A stretch of 64,000 nt of DNA. Origin: the human T2T-CHM13v2.0 reference genome, Homo sapiens. The stretch lies in the NCBI RefSeq assembly GCF_009914755.1, contig NC_060925.1; one strand, 5' to 3'. The position numbers and the translations under genes were made by a program. The notes under the pieces are model-generated. The model ran no database searches. It had not been told where the DNA came from and saw only the letters and a program-made list of their open reading frames with translations. Numbering within the stretch: position 1 is the first letter of the stretch; each line of letters starts with the position of its first letter. Shown piece by piece: positions 25,104 through 36,818 of this stretch.

Positions 25104-25251
25104 GGGGTCCTGTCCTCACACTCTGGCTCAGCCCAGCCTGGGCCCCGAGCTGGAGGCCTGCAGTGGGGACGAGACTTAGATGTTAGTTTTAAAATGAAAA
25201 GGGAAAGGCCAAGGAAAAGAGAGAGAGGCCCAGACGGTCTCTTGTTTTGCA
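25104..25251 (+). repeat. Copy 2 of ~150-bp dispersed direct duplication
   Basis: Differs from 22288-22439 by a few substitutions and a 4-bp indel in the GA tract. Confidence 0.95.
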
Positions 25252-26076
25252 AAACTCAAAATAGATTTCAGCACTGTGCTTTCTAAAGACAAATCTTTGC
25301 ACTCTTCTGCGATCCTCGCTTGACCTCTCATGGTTTCTGGCAAGGACAGCCTGTTACGATTTGGCATCGAGTTATTTAAAATGCATAACGGCGGTGCGCA
25401 GGCTTTGCCAAAAGCTGATATATGTTGGTTTCTGGAACCTTGCTTTTCTTGTTTGCTACATCTGATATCATCTTACCCAGACGATGCCCTCGTGAGATAG
25501 ATCCCCCACCCCTTCACATTGTGGGTGCAGCCAACGTATTTCATTTTATTGCTTGCACGATCTGTGTGTCTGGAGAGAAAGCAAACCAGTTACCAGCGAG
25601 CCACAGCCTAGCTTCCCCGGGCACTTGGGGAATCTTTATCGAGCTCAAATGATTAGACCTGGTTTCTGGTTTCATTTTGGAAGACTGGCTGCTAAGCAGA
25701 TCCATTCTGCCTGTAAACCGATACAGATGCTCAGGGCCACTGCTTTCCCCAGTGCCCAGGACAGTAGGACGAGGGTTGAGAGGGACCCCCCTGGGCCATG
25801 TCCCCCTTGCGGTGCAGAGGCCCGGCCTGAATCTCTGAGCGAGAGGCCGGTTTGCCTAGGGTGAGTGTGAAGGCCTGAGGCCTGCCCCATAAAGGCAGAG
25901 CGTCCCCATGGTGTGGGGGGACAGTGGGAGGCGGGCAGGCCATGAGCCCTGGGTTCGGGGAGGCTGCAGGCGCTTGGCTGCCCATCAAGGGGCCTGGCTT
26001 CCTGGAACAGAAGCCTGGGTGCTGTGGCCATGGAGGAGGGGCTCCCGCCTCTGGTCAGCCTTCTGGCATCTGGGAA

Positions 26077-26137
26077 CACGTCCTCCAGCTTTTTTCCTTA
26101 GTGGCCAATTCCTGAGAAAAGGGCCAACGTGCTTCCA
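26077..26137 (+). ncRNA. MIR4251: hsa-mir-4251 hairpin (annotated mature CCUGAGAAAAGGGCCAA at 26111-26127)
   Basis: CACGTCCTCCAGCTTTTTTCCTTAGTGGCCAATTCCTGAGAAAAGGGCCAACGTGCTTCCA matches my memory of the miRBase entry; CACGT/ACGTG and CTTTTTTC/GAGAAAAG can pair. The hairpin is weak, so status as a genuine miRNA is doubtful. Confidence 0.85.
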
Positions 26138-26770
26138 TCCACTTCAGAGGGCACTTGTATGAAAATCTCCTCCCCTCCCCCGTCAGCCCTGCTGTGGAGG
26201 GATCAACTCCGCCTCTCACTGGAGAGAGACAGTCATTCTGAGTGTTCGGAAATTGAAGACTAGATCTGGGTCTGGTTCCGTACCCATGCCCTGTGATGAC
26301 AGACCCGTGATCTCTCTTCTGAGAGGGAAACAAAGACCTCACGTTTGACGGGGCCAAGAGGCAGCCGTGGGAATCTGCTGCTCACTTTCAACACTGGGTG
26401 CCTTGTCCCAGAAAGTCTGGGGTCGTCAGATCAACTTTGATTTCCTATTTTATCCCAGTTAAAGTGGCATTTATAGTATTCGGGGGTTGCTTCTGTCCTG
26501 CCTTTTTCTGATCACGACATCCCATGCACGGCTTTGGGAAACGCAGGTCACAGTAGCAGGGCATTGAAAACCCTCCCTCCGCATGGCTCCGCACCCAGGA
26601 CCCTGGGGTGGCTCCACAGTGGCTCCATTTTCTCCCACAATGGTGACCTGCAGGCTCAGGGCATGAGGGCCGAGGACTCTCACTCGGGAACCCAGAGGGT
26701 GATCGGCCACGGTGACCGGCCGGTGAGCTGTGGAAGGAAGCGTCCAGCCCTCTGTGGACTGCCCTGTTCC

Positions 26771-26823
26771 TCCCACCATGCTACTGGAGACCATCCCACC
26801 ATGCTACTGGAGACCATCCCACC
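26771..26823. repeat. Perfect 23-bp tandem duplication (2.3 copies)
   Basis: TCCCACCATGCTACTGGAGACCA x2 + TCCCACC. Confidence 0.95.
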
Positions 26824-27147
26824 CGGGTCGGTGGCTGTTTTCCGGTGGTGGCAACGCTCCAATGGCTCTGGTTCCCTTACTGGAATCCTTGGGCGTAGCC
26901 TGGAGAGTGGACAGCTATCCACAGCCCAGTGAGTGCCCTGCTGGGAGCTGGAACTGTTCGGCCCTCACTAACACCAGTCCTGGGGAGCCTGCCCTGGCCC
27001 CAGGTGGGGGTGCGCAGCCGTGGCCGGCAGCCTTGGTTTCTTCATCTGGGAAGTGGGAGCGACTGTGCAGATGAGATGAGGAGGGTGGCCCTGGGGAGGC
27101 TGGGGTGTGGTCGCTGCTCCCCTAGCAGGAAACCAGGAGGGAGTCTG

Positions 27148-27585
27148 GTGCACGTGTGTGTGGGGGGTTGCGTGTGCATGTGTGTGCGTTTCCTGGCTGG
27201 TGTGCGTGCATGGGTGAGTGTGCACGTGCGTGTGTGGGTGTCCTGCCTGGCGTGCGTGTGTGGGTGGGTGTGGATCCTGCCTAGTGTGTGTGGGTGTGTG
27301 GATATGTGTACATGTATGTGTGTGTCTTGGCTGGTATGTGCATGTGGGTGCGTGTGTGTGGGTGTGTACATGTGTGTGTGTGTCCTGCCTGGTGTGTGCG
27401 TGTCAGTGTCCTGCCTGGTGTGTGTGTGGGTGTGTGTCCTGCCTGGTTGTGTGTGTGTGCGCACGTGGGTGAGTGTGTGGGTGCGTGTGCACGTGTGTGT
27501 GTGTCCTGCCTGGTGTGTGCTTGTGAGTGTGTGTATCCTTCCTGGTGTGCGTGTGTCTGTGTGTGCATGTGTGTGTGTGTGTGGC
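27148..27585. repeat. (TG)-rich degenerate minisatellite with recurring TCCTGCCTGG
   Basis: GTGTGT tracts punctuated about every 30-50 bp by TCCTG(C/G)CT(G/A)G variants. Confidence 0.9.
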
Positions 27586-29269
27586 CTGTGCACTCACAAC
27601 ACTGGCTGAACCACAGGGGTGTCGTCCAGGGCTGCTGAGGGCACCTGGGAAAGGAGCCGGGGCAGACCCTCCCTGCTGGGTGCTTGAAGCTGAGGGTCAG
27701 GACGGGATGGGGACCCGGGGCCCTTGAAGCAGGTTCTCCCAGGTCCTCCGCAGTTACGTGGGAGAGCCCAAGGGCCCTCAGTGCCACAGGTAGGGGCAAG
27801 GTCCTCCTCTAGCACTGCCCAGACCCTGTACGGAGCAGAAATCCCTGGAAGAGAAAAGAGAATTGGGGTTTCAGAACCCCTTTTTCCAAGGAAAGAATTT
27901 CTCTGCTCCCAACAGGAGCCTGTCTGATTCTCTTTCCCCCTCTCTGTCTCTCTCTGTCTGATTTTCTCTCCCCGTCTCTCAGTCTCTCTCTCTCCTACTT
28001 CCCGCCTTTGCTTTCCCTCTTCCCAGGGCCCCAGCAGGGTCTCAGCCATTTGTATCCACTGAGGGCATCCAAAAGCGTTGATGGGCCAAGGCGACCAGCT
28101 GGGCTGGGAGGGCAGTGCAGGCGGCTTGTTCTGGGACAGTGAGGCCCAAGCACCCCAGAGGGAGGTGGAGACCCCCTGGGCAGACTCCTGCTCCCCCAAC
28201 AGGTCCTGGGCTGCGTGCTCAGTGTCCAGGGTCAGGGGCTTGGGGACAGCTAGGGAGGAAGTCTTGGGTCTTGGTGAGAAGCCAGCAGAGCCCTCTGTCC
28301 CTGTCCTGTGCAGGACCAGCCAGACCTGGAGGCCGACTGCCAGAGGGGTTCCTAGGACCCCCGGGCAGTCGATGTGGACCGTGGGGTTCTGGGGAGAAGC
28401 TGGGGGCTCCAGGGCTGTGGTCTAAGCGCACCACTGTGCCCCATATCCCAGTGTGTCCTTTGCAAACTACAAACCCAAACCAAACACAACACCAGCCCTG
28501 GGGAGGCCAGGATAAGGAGCAAAGGCAGCCGAGAGGTGGGCCCTTCCTGCGGCCATGGGGCTTTGGAAACATGTGGAGACCTAGTTGGCCCCAGAGGCCG
28601 TCTCCAGGGCCCGCCCAGCAGCCCAGGGCTGCCCCCTGTCTATAGGTTTCCTCGCTGAAACATCAGTGCAATTTTAATTCACACTGCTGGACTTCAGGGG
28701 AGGGCTGATGCTTCGTGCGCCCCACGCACAGCTCTGCGCTTTCTGTAACTCGCCGCCTTCTCTTTGGGGACGTTTGTCTTCAGTTTCTTAATTTCCAAGA
28801 GCCCATTACAGACGGATGTCACCTCCATTCCCTCAAATACTGTCGCCCTTTTCCCCCGTGAGCTGCATGGCCTTTTCCTTGGTGCGGGGGCGGTGGGGGG
28901 GCTGTTTTTTTTTTTTTAATTTTTTATCTTTTCTGCTGCCGGCACACGGTTCTGGGTTTCACAGCGTCAGACCCACCAGCCCTTGCTCTACGCTCGGGGC
29001 TAGAACACAGCCGCTTCCTTCTGCAGGTTGTGCCCTGTTCAGGTTAGGTGTGTTCCAGCACCTTCTGAGTTTGTGGGGTGGAGGAGAACCTGACCCGTCC
29101 GTGTTTATCCTGACGTGCAGACCGCGGGAGGGACGCTTGAACCGGGTCCTGCAGGGAGGCCCCTGCCCTTGTCTTCTGGCCACGCCATGGTGTGTGGCTG
29201 GCTCTGCCCTTGGCTTCCTCCGAGCTGTGCCGCAGCCACAGTTTTTGGTTGTTTTCGTTTTTTTCATCA

Positions 29270-30250
29270 TCCTGATGATCCATATCAAATACTTAAACTC
29301 ACAGAAAAGCAAGACTCCCTCTCTCTCTCTCAGACATTTCTCGTCATTGTCCAGTTGTCTGCATTTATTTTGCCTTTGAGAAAAACTTTGGAGCTGTTTT
29401 CTTCAAGTTAGAAAAAGGTTTATTTTGTAAAATTGTTATGTTTCTGTGTTTGAGTTAGGGGGACTGGACGCTTTATAACCTTTAATTCTTCCTGTGAAGG
29501 AATGTGAGGCGGCTGTCCATTTCTCAAGGTTCCTATCAAAATGGCTTTCGCTCACATTTTGTAGTTCCATTCACAGAGCTGTGACCCATTTCTTGCTGGG
29601 TTTTACTTCAAAGGATTTTTTAGCCAGAAAGTTAAAAAAAAATCAAGTGGACATAATTAAAACTCTTATACTTCTTTATGCCTGTACTGCAGAAAAAATA
29701 ATAATAAAAATAATGACAGTTCTAGCAACCATGAGCAAAATTTTTGCATGCCATTGGAAAAGCGAGGGTTGGTCACGCCTCTGGTCTGTCCGCTGCATGG
29801 TGATAAGCTGAGGCATCCCCATTTGAGGCTGAGGTGATGGTGCGGTGCAGGCCGCAGCTCCAGGCCCCGCAAACCTCACAGGGGAGGCCGTGGCCCAGGC
29901 TGCGTCCTGCAGTGACGCTGCCCTGGGGTCTCCAGGCAGCTCTCCTGGGACCCGCCTGCTTCCCCTCCACTGCCTTCCTCCTCCTCCCTCCTGGGCCTAT
30001 GTCCTAGATAAGCCTGTTAAATTAGCCCCATAATACTTAAAATGCTAGTCCGTTTAATATGTAAACAATGACAATTTTTTTTCAAAGGGTTTAGGATTTA
30101 AATTAGTTTTTTTAAAAAACCCAATTACTGCCGTTTAATTCGGAGGAGAGAGTTCTTTATGTGCTAATTATATAGCTGGGAAATGAGCGATCAGGGGCTC
30201 AATGGGGCATTAGGGGCACTTTTTAAAGGTTTAGACGTATTTATCTGAGT
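29270..30250. promoter_or_regulatory. Long AT-rich non-repeat block, enhancer-like
   Basis: Multiple TAAT/ATTA cores, AGATAAG 30006-30012, overlapping FOX+SOX GTAAACAATG 30061-30070. Confidence 0.45.
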
Positions 30251-30523
30251 TTGGGGTTTGCAGTCTGCATTCAGGGCTGCACAGGCAAATTTGGAACCAG
30301 GATGAAGGGTTACACGGCGGTGCCACGGAGAGGAAAACTCTGCCATTCCAGCGTGTTATTATCTGGATGATGTTTACGAAGTGTCAGGACCTGGATGTGG
30401 TCCCTGCCCAACTGATTCTGTGTCCGGTGAGCAGAGGAGCGGAGCCTGCTGGGTGGAGGGTGGATGGGACAGGGGACCTGGGCCTGGTCAGAGCACTACC
30501 TTGGGCCCTTGGGAGGCCTGAGC

Positions 30524-30553
30524 CTTCCAGAACTTTCTAGAACCTTCTAGAGG
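30524..30553. promoter_or_regulatory. Heat shock element (HSF-type), 5 perfect + 1 near-perfect inverted nGAAn units
   Basis: cTTCcaGAActTTCtaGAAccTTCtaGAGg. Confidence 0.7.
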
Positions 30554-32699
30554 GGCACACATGGCCGGCCAGGCAGATGGGCTGCAGGGAGTGGTCTCAC
30601 CATGGGCAGTTCCTCACCCTGAGTCCCTGGAATGCAGAGGGAGCTCTTCAACTGCTCCAAATGGCTCTCCCCTCCACCCCCCATTACCTTCCTTCCTCCT
30701 TACCGAGGGGTCTCTCTGACAGATCTGGAGCCCCCATGAGGTCCAGAATGTTCTAGAGCCACCCGGTTCATACTGTTGCCCGAGAAGTCAACACCTCTGC
30801 CTCCCAAGAGAGAGTAGACGATTCATTTAAAATAGAAATTATGTTGGAAGTAAAGTGACCCTTATTTGGTTCAGCAGTTTTTGAACACATCTGATTAGGA
30901 ATTCCCTGGGGACTGGGTGGGGCAGCGTTAGATAAAAAGCCCTCGTCAGGGTGGCTGGGCAGGGCCATCCAGCCGGTCCACTCACCCGGAACCCCAGCCT
31001 CGTGCAAACACAGATACTGTGAATCTGTCCCAGACTTACAGAAGATGGACCTGTAATTGACACTGTGCTGTATTTAACTGCCAAGGATGGTAAATGTCTT
31101 CAGGAAACACTGCACCATGTTTTGAAGAAGTTCAAACAGCGTCCGTGCAGCAGGTGCGTTCTGCCGTGCCTCTGACTGGGTGGTGGTCACTGCCAGACTG
31201 AGTGGTCCACACCAGCCCCGCACCCTCCAGGACAAAGCCCGAAGGACGGTGGTAACCGGCTTCTGGTGGTGGAGTGCAGCTGGTCAGATGCCTGGGAGAC
31301 TCAGGTTCCAGGGCAGGAGCTGCAGGAAGACCAGGGAGGTCTCTGCCCATGTCTCTTCTGGAGGCTCCTACAGGAAAATCCAGGGGTTGCTTTTCCCACT
31401 GCAAACCATGCCAGACTCTCCCAGGGCGAGGGAGGCACCTCGGGGCTGTGGGCCTGGGGGAGGTTCCTGTAAGACTGTGTTCAGAGGGGATCTTCTCAGC
31501 AGAGGGCAGAGCCATGGGGCTCGGCCTCCCGAAGCCACAGCCCTGGAACCACCTGGAGATGATACCCAGGCTCTTGTCTGTCCTGCACGATGGGGAGAGG
31601 AGGGCAGGGTCTGTCCAGAACTGCTCCCCCATCGGCCGCCCCTGACAGAAATGATGCCCAGCGACCTTCCCTCCTCCTTACCAAGATCCACCTTGGCAGG
31701 GGCCGTGCCATTGCTTGCAGTCCCATCTGATTTCTACAGAAAGCCACGTGGAAGTTGTCCACTCCATTTTGCAGAGGTTAATGGCTCTCTGAAGTGGTTC
31801 AGCTGGGGCTGGCAAGGCTGGGCCCGAGCCAGCTCCTCCATCTCCCCTTCATGTGAGGGAGAAAGCCCCATGAAGCGGCCCGTGCTGCCTGCTGGGAGCC
31901 AAGGGTGTGCAGGCAAGGGGCCTTTCGCCGCGGGAATTTGTGCACAATTTTTGAACATAAGTCAGTTCCTCCCTTCCCCCAGGAGAAATGATCGGCCTCC
32001 AGGAAGTTGGACCTCGCCTTGCTCAAAACAAACATAGGGCCGTCTGAGAGCAGCCCCAAAGCACACACGTGTGAGAAGGAGGCTAGAGTTTTACTTTCCT
32101 CCCCCAAGACTGCAAAGCACTGGGGAAAAAAGGTCAGGGAGCGCGTCCAGTTCAGGGAGCGTGTCCAGTTGTGTCACGAGTGGGAGACCTGGGTTCAGAA
32201 CCGTCCAGCTGTGTCGGGAGCAGGAGGCCTGGGCTCAGGACCACCTCTGGGCTCCTGCTGGGACCTTGGAGATCAGCACCTCCCGGCGCTGATGTCCAGT
32301 GGGAAGGGGAAGCCTCTACACAGAGGCTCCCACAGAGAGGGGATTGTGTGGAGCTGTCCGGAGCGCCATTCAGCTGGGGGACGGAGCTTCCCTGGAACAT
32401 AGTGCCCCGCTTGATTCTTGAAGAGAGGACGTGGACAGCAGAGGAGACGCAGGCCTGGGGACGGACAGTTGGGCAGCAGGCACGGCACGGGCATGGGCTG
32501 GGCGGGGGCCAATGCCCCCAAAGTCAGGAAGATGCCCCCAAAGTTGGGGCCGAGGGGCCACGCTCATGCCCATCACCCCCTCCTCCCCTCCCCTCCCGCA
32601 CAGCCTCTGGCATCAGAACTCGCACCCTTGTGCACTCCTGGGAAGCCCCGTCCTGCTTAGACCTACTCCGAGGGCGCGTGGAGCCCGCCTCCCCCTGGA

Positions 32700-33100
32700 A
32701 GGGGAAATAGGAAAAAGAACCGTGAAAAGCTCCGGAGTTAACCGTGGCGGCTTGAAGGACCTTGACCTAATTGGTCCAGAAAAGTCAACATCGGCACCTA
32801 GAGTGTTCAGAAAGTGAAGATTAAACTTAAAGCGATTAGACAACTTATTTTTCTTTTCCAAGACATTAGCTGGTCAAAAATGACAAAAATGTCCATAAGC
32901 CTAGCTGAGGCAGAGGCGGCAAACAGGCGGCCTTTTGTTTGGCAGAGGGGCCTGACCACCCGAACCCGCGTGGGACACCCGGGAGCCCACCTCCTGAGAG
33001 CCCGGCGAGGGGATCGGGCCGGGTATTAGCCGGGGATTAGACGGCCGAGCTGCTGGCCTGGTAGGGGAGCTGCCGGGGAGCTGCCGGCCACCCGCAGGCT
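32700..33100. promoter_or_regulatory. AT-rich island adjoining a CpG-rich segment, enhancer-like
   Basis: CTTGACCT (NR half-site) overlapping CTAATTGG, GATTAA, GGATTAG, followed by CpG-dense sequence. Confidence 0.35.
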
Positions 33101-33130
33101 GGGCCTGGGAGGCCCTCCTGGTCCGCGTGC

Positions 33131-33192
33131 TGCTGCCCCCGGGTCAGGGGCTTCTGGAAGGTGCCGCCCCCGGGTCAGGGGCTTCTGGAAGG
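33131..33192. repeat. 31-bp tandem duplication
   Basis: TGC(T/C)GCCCCCGGGTCAGGGGCTTCTGGAAGG x2. Confidence 0.9.
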
Positions 33193-34454
33193 AAGGGCAC
33201 TTTCCTCGGGAGCTCGCTCTTTATTTTGGGGGGCTGCGGAGCACCCCAGGAAACAGCAAGGCAGCTCCAAGAGTCCAGCCTGGTCCCCACCAGCGAACCC
33301 GAGTCAGCCCAGTCGGCCCCAGGCTCCGCCACCACCCCTTGGCTTCGGGCTGGACTGGCCATGGTGGCCCCATGGGCAGGGTAGGGGGCCTCAGGGAGGT
33401 CTGCGGTGGGGGCAGGGCGGGCCACGTGAGGCCCTTCATCGTACCCAGCTCTTCCTGCCTTGCAGACACCGACCACGGGCCCGACATTTTCTCAAGAAAA
33501 GAAAACACAAGAGCCCACATTTCTTATCTGAGTTAAACAATGAGCTCCGGGCGTCCTGGGAAGGGGTTTCACAGTGAGTTCAACGTGCCAGGAGCTCTTA
33601 GCAGCCGCTGCCAAGGCCAGTAGGGGCTGCAGGCTTGCGCTGGTTCTATGTCCCAGCCCGACCGAGCCCTCCCCCTCCGTGGCCCGCAGGTGACACACCA
33701 GCTGTGATCCTGGGTAACCCGAGCCCGCCTGACGCGACATCCCTGGCAGTGACAATTAAGGGGTCTCCTCACCCAGCTTCCGGGCACTGGCATTGTGGGT
33801 CCCGCACACCCTGCTGGGGCTTAGGCGTAATTATAGGGTCGGGTTACCCCGAGAAACAGGTATTCACACTGTTTAGGACAAACCTCCTCGGAGCTGGATC
33901 CCAGCCGTCCCCAGACCGTCCGTCCCTTCCCCGTGGCTCCCTGGGCCGGGTCTCCCTGCGCCCTCCCCTGAGACTCCTCTTCAATGCTCCTTGTTGTCGC
34001 AGCCTACAGAGCCTGGGGCTGCAGAGCGGGGCAGGGGCCTCTTGGTGGCCTGGGCGCCCGGCTGGGGAGAGCCTGGGCGTCTCCCTTTGTTTTTCCAGCA
34101 GTTGGAAGTAGAGTCCAGGTGTGAGGAGATTGTTTGGCTCGCTTTGTCCGGGAGCCACAGGACACCAGGCTGGGGCGGGGCTGGGGGCAGAACGCTCCTC
34201 CAGCAGCCTAGGAGCCACCCCTGGGAAGAAAGGGGGTCTCGGGCAGCCTCGCCATGGGACCACCAGCTTTGGGCCTTCGTTACAGGGGTGATGCTGCCCC
34301 GCTGATAGGGTTGGGGGCCTGGGGCTGCAGCGTAGCTGAAGTGGAACCTGCCCAGCCTGCACTTCCCAGCTGGCCAGCCCCGCGCGATGCTCCGGGGTCT
34401 CGGCGAGGCACGCCAGGCACTGAGTCCTCAGACCCGCTGTCCGGGGACCTCTGG

Positions 34455-34555
34455 TGTCGTCCATTTTACAGACGAGGCAGTGGAGGCCCAGAAAGATGGA
34501 CCGACAGTCCCCGCCTTAGAGTGGCTGAGCTGGGGCTGGGACCCAGGCCTGACCC
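34455..34555 (-). mobile_element. MIR SINE fragment
   Basis: CCATTTTACAGACGAGGCAGTGGAGGCCCAGAAAG..AGTGGCTGAGCTGGGGCTGGGACCCAGG. Confidence 0.6.
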
Positions 34556-36798
34556 CCTCTAGGGCTTCCCGTGTCACAGTGTCACTGTTTCCCTGAATTA
34601 CAGAGCGGGGAGAAGCCGGTTTCTAGTTTGGAGGTGCAATGATCCCCCAAGTCCCTGGGTCCACAGGGGCTCTGGGCCAGCTCCAAGGACTCTAAGGGAG
34701 TGGAGCCACCCTTGCTTTCTGGGGCCACAAAGGTCGTTTCTCTTGCCCTCAATTCTGGCTGCTGGGTGTGGACAGAGGAGTGGGCTTATCAGGCATCTCC
34801 TGGCCCCACCGCCCCCTGCTTCTCCCCTCCTGGTAAACACACACTTTGCTCTCTAATGGCTGCAGGCACCCCCACTCCATACAAACCCTTCCTTCAGACA
34901 GCTGTAATCAATATTTCATCCTGTCCCATGCTGGGTGACTGGGTCAGTTGGGGGTCCGGGATGCTGGGAACTGACCTGGTTTACAGCCCCCACTGGCCAA
35001 GATGCCAGCTGGAACTTGGAGTTATAAACAGTGGACGCTTCTCCTGCTGCCCCTGGCTCTGGGCTGGAGAGAGGCTGGTGCAGGGAGAGGGCTTGGCCCT
35101 GGGGTTCTCACCCCCAGGGTCCCATCACCGGACAGATGGGGTGGGTGAAAGGACCTCGGAAGGAGTCATCCCATTTCACAGGTGAGGAAAGAGAGTCAGA
35201 GATACACAGTGCAGGGGGTGGGAGTCCAGGCCCAGCCTGGAGCCACTCCCACCAGAACAGGGTGACCCTGGCTGCCTCCGGCATCCCCTCCTCAGCCCAG
35301 GCTTCCAGGGACCGAGAGCAGGGCCTTTCCTGCAACAGCAACCTGGGCAGCTGAGCTCTTCTCCCCACGCTGACCTGGCCGCCACCGGCCCGGGTGCAGG
35401 CATGTGAGGTGGGTCACACGGTACAGATTTAGATGCGAGCCTGTCACTCGGAGCAAGGAATGTGGTGTCTCCCTCCTTCCTGCAAAGCCTCATCATGTGT
35501 GTGAGAGAGAGGCTAGGGAGAGTGGTGGCTGCCAGGGGACACGATGTCCTTTGCATGTTTCTTCCTAGGGTCCCAGAACATTCCAGCAGCAGCACCCCTC
35601 CCTGGACACTCAAGGTCTGCTGCAGGGGAGGCACTGGGGGTCAGATTGGACGTGGCAAGGTCCCGAAGAACCGTCCAGGAGGACCGCCTGGAGGAGGTGG
35701 CTTTGTGTGGATGGAGGAGGGTGGTGGCTCCCAGAAGCAGCACTGGCAGGCTTCCTTCTCTGCGGCAAACCCCATCCCACGAAGGTGGGAGTCAGGTTTC
35801 CTACCAGCAGGTTGATGAAATATTCCTGACAGTGGAGGAGCATGCCTGCTCTTCGCAGAGTGCCTTTCTAATCCTCCTGCACAGGAGCGCACTGCAAGCT
35901 GGAGGGGCCGCAGCACCTGCGGCTGGGACCTCGCTTGTCCGGAGGTCCCTGACCTCACGAGCCAGGTCCTGCCATCCTCCCTCGCCGATGCTTGCCAGTT
36001 TCCAGGGCCAGGCACCCATTTGTGCTAAATGTCTCACGATGCATTTGAGGCCAGTAGCTCTTGGACTGTGGCTGGAGGGTCCGTCCCTGGGCCAAGGGGC
36101 TCGGAGGGGCCTGTGTGCAGAGCTGGCCAGGCAGGGGTGTCCTGCTGGGAGTTGGAATCCCGTGTAAGTTCCCCCTGTGAAGGGCTCCAGCCTGGCAAGC
36201 CCAACTTGTCGTTCTTGGGACACGAAAGCAGGGGGACCCCAGCCCTCTTCCAGAGAACTTCCTGCTTCCCTTGCCATTTCCTTCTGTCCCCCTCCTATAA
36301 TCCTGGGGAGAGGCCGCATCCCTCCCAGCGCAACCACGGGGTGTGGCTTTGTGCAGAAAGGAAAGGATCTTCTTCAAGTTCAACAATGGCTGCCACAAGC
36401 CTTTTTGCATCCACTGCTAAGAGAGCTGGAGGCAGCACCCATCGAGTAAATACAAAAGCTGAGACTGGGGGAGCCCATCAGCGGGGAGGCATCTGGGCTG
36501 TCCCTGAGCAACCCTGGGCCCCCTGTGGTGTCATGGCTGTGCCCCCGGAGCCGGCGTTGGGGTCTCCGTCCAGTCTCTGAGGTTTCACTTTCCTGTGCTT
36601 ATGAGTGAAGTCTTCACGCCGGGGTGGCACCCTCACCTTCTGCTGCCGGTGACATACCTGCCCTCACCTGGTACTTGGAGGTGTTTGGGAGAGGTGGGCA
36701 AAGTTTGGCTGGAAGGCAACTGAGGGAGCCTGCCATCTTGTCAGAGCCCCTTCCTTTCTGAATATGGTACCAGCACCTTGGGAGTGGGGCAAGACAGC

Positions 36799-36818
36799 GT
36801 TCCAGAAAGTTCCAGAAG
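36799..36818. promoter_or_regulatory. Heat shock element, 4 perfect inverted nGAAn units
   Basis: gTTCcaGAAagTTCcaGAAg. Confidence 0.6.

Noticed and set aside
31000-31850. Vague recollection of an annotated antisense lncRNA a few kb downstream of MIR4251
   Set aside because: No clear promoter, splice or poly(A) signal that I can tie to it in the sequence; left for annotation lookup
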